Positions 62,631 through 64,000 of a stretch of 64,000 bases of DNA are shown one piece after another (positions within the stretch are counted from its first letter, which is position 1; each line of letters opens with the position of its first letter). The position numbers and the translations under genes were made by a program. Source of the DNA: Lama guanicoe (taxonomy: Eukaryota); contig MU053810.1 of NCBI GenBank assembly GCA_013239625.1, forward strand, positions 1,871,518 to 1,935,517, written 5' to 3'. The notes below the pieces were generated by a model, which had not been told where the DNA came from, did not search any database, and saw only the letters and a program-made list of their open reading frames with translations.

Positions 62631-63615
62631 TACCTCTACCTACAAAGTCCTTGCTGCTCCTTACACCTGGAATGCTCTTTTACCAGATGGAACATGCGCA
62701 CATGAGGATTTGGATATTTCCTGTGTCCCCCAGCTACAATGAAGTTCTGGCGGCCTCAGAACCCATATCACCTCCTAGCACGTAGATGGCGCTCTATAAA
62801 TTATCTGTTGGCTGTACGATCAATGTATGGTCAAAATCCCGACAGGTCCTACCAAGCACAGAACTTAAACTCTTTTACCGTTGAGTAGTATGTCAAAGTT
62901 TTAAGCTTCTGAAACAATTTGAGAAGCTGAGTGTCTTCATGATTTTTGTGACAACCAAATTGTTCAAATGTAGAAATTGTAAACTTCCTGAAAGGGGGTG
63001 CTGGCATAGAAATTCCAGTGATCATAAAATGGAAGCTGTAATTCTCCAGGAAAATAAAGGAAGAAAAAGCAGACAGTTCTCAAGCTGTTATTGTAGGTGA
63101 CTGAGTCAATAAGAAATGTAAAGGAACACTGCAGGGTCCAACTTCCACAAACAAAAATAAATGAAATACCGGAAACATGTTTTTTAGCTTCTGCAGAGCA
63201 CTTTTGAACTGTAATTGAAGACTTTTATGACAGCCTTGAAGTTCTGATTATGAATGCAATTTCATTAGGACTATAACATTGATTTATTCAATACATTTTT
63301 TTTAAAAAAAACACTACTGTGTCTCAAAAGAATGTAAACATGGATCTTCAGCAGAGTAAAAAGTATTCAAGGCCATAATCACCAACTCAGTAGGCAATCC
63401 AAGCAAAACCAGAAATAATCACAATCCAATTGAAATATTGACAAGTTTTAGGAGGATAGGGCTGGAAATAGAACAGAGAAAAGAGAATGGGAGTGACATT
63501 TGCAATCTAAAGGAAAGCTGTTCTAACAAGCTACTTGCAGCGAACAAATCTAGGTTCCTGGAGTCTTCCAATGTGACTTGGTATTCCTAGATATAATGGT
63601 TTTTCTCTTAGGGCC

Positions 63616-64000
63616 TGCTATGGACTAGATTGTGTCCCCCTAAAATTCATATGTTCAAGCCTTCGCTCTCAACATGATGGTATTTAGAGATGGGGGCTTT
63701 TGGAGATAATCAGGTTTAGATGCGGTCTTGAGGGCGAGGTTCTCATAATGGGATTAGTGGCCTTAGAAGAAAAGACATTGGAAAGCTTGTTGTTCAACTC
63801 CTCCCAACTCCCCTCATCTCTCTGTCCCTCTCCCTCTTGGGCACATGAAGACACAGCCAGAGGGTGGCCAGCCATCTGCAAACCAGGAAAAGAGTTCTCA
63901 CCAGAACCCAACCATGCTGACACCTTGATCTCAGACTTCCACCTTTCACAATGGTGAGAAAATAGATTTCTATTGTTTAAGTCCCTCTGTCCATGGTATT
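63616..64000 (+). mobile_element. MLT1A-like LTR (runs off the window end)
   Basis: TGCTATGGACT..TTGTGTCCCCCTAAAATTCATATGTT...ACCATGCTGACACCTTGATCTCAGACTTCC...TTGTTTAAG. Confidence 0.9.

Noticed and set aside
1..64000. CRISPR arrays, operons or other prokaryotic systems
   Set aside because: The sequence is mammalian, and I saw no regularly spaced direct-repeat array.

Overview
Mammalian genomic DNA, AT-rich and repeat-rich, most likely camelid: it carries four copies of a short tRNA-derived SINE resembling the tylopod Vic-1 family, plus cetartiodactyl-type L1 3' ends and an internally deleted Tigger1. I see no clearly intact protein-coding gene. Three things stand out. (1) A heavily decayed + strand coding fossil over about 330-11800 reads as tandem C2-like domains, then several EF-hand-like motifs, then another C2-like domain. 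I cannot assign it to a known gene, and the ORF track mostly misses it. (2) A 3.9-kb sandwich retrocopy (about 6956-10838) consists of the LRRC20 5'UTR, CDS and proximal 3'UTR, then a 5'-truncated polyadenylated PLEKHG3 cDNA, then distal LRRC20 3'UTR and a second poly(A). It is inserted into what looks like an EF-hand loop of the fossil gene, has no target-site duplication (TSD), and creates a 426-aa chimeric ORF. (3) A YRDC processed pseudogene (30644-31671) has an 11-bp TSD, splits a MIR, and lacks about 55 GC-rich codons. The rest is L1, L2, MIR, MLT1/ERV LTRs, MER DNA transposons, microsatellites and a few repeat-poor stretches that may be conserved non-coding elements. All gene and repeat names come from recognition by eye, not from database searches.
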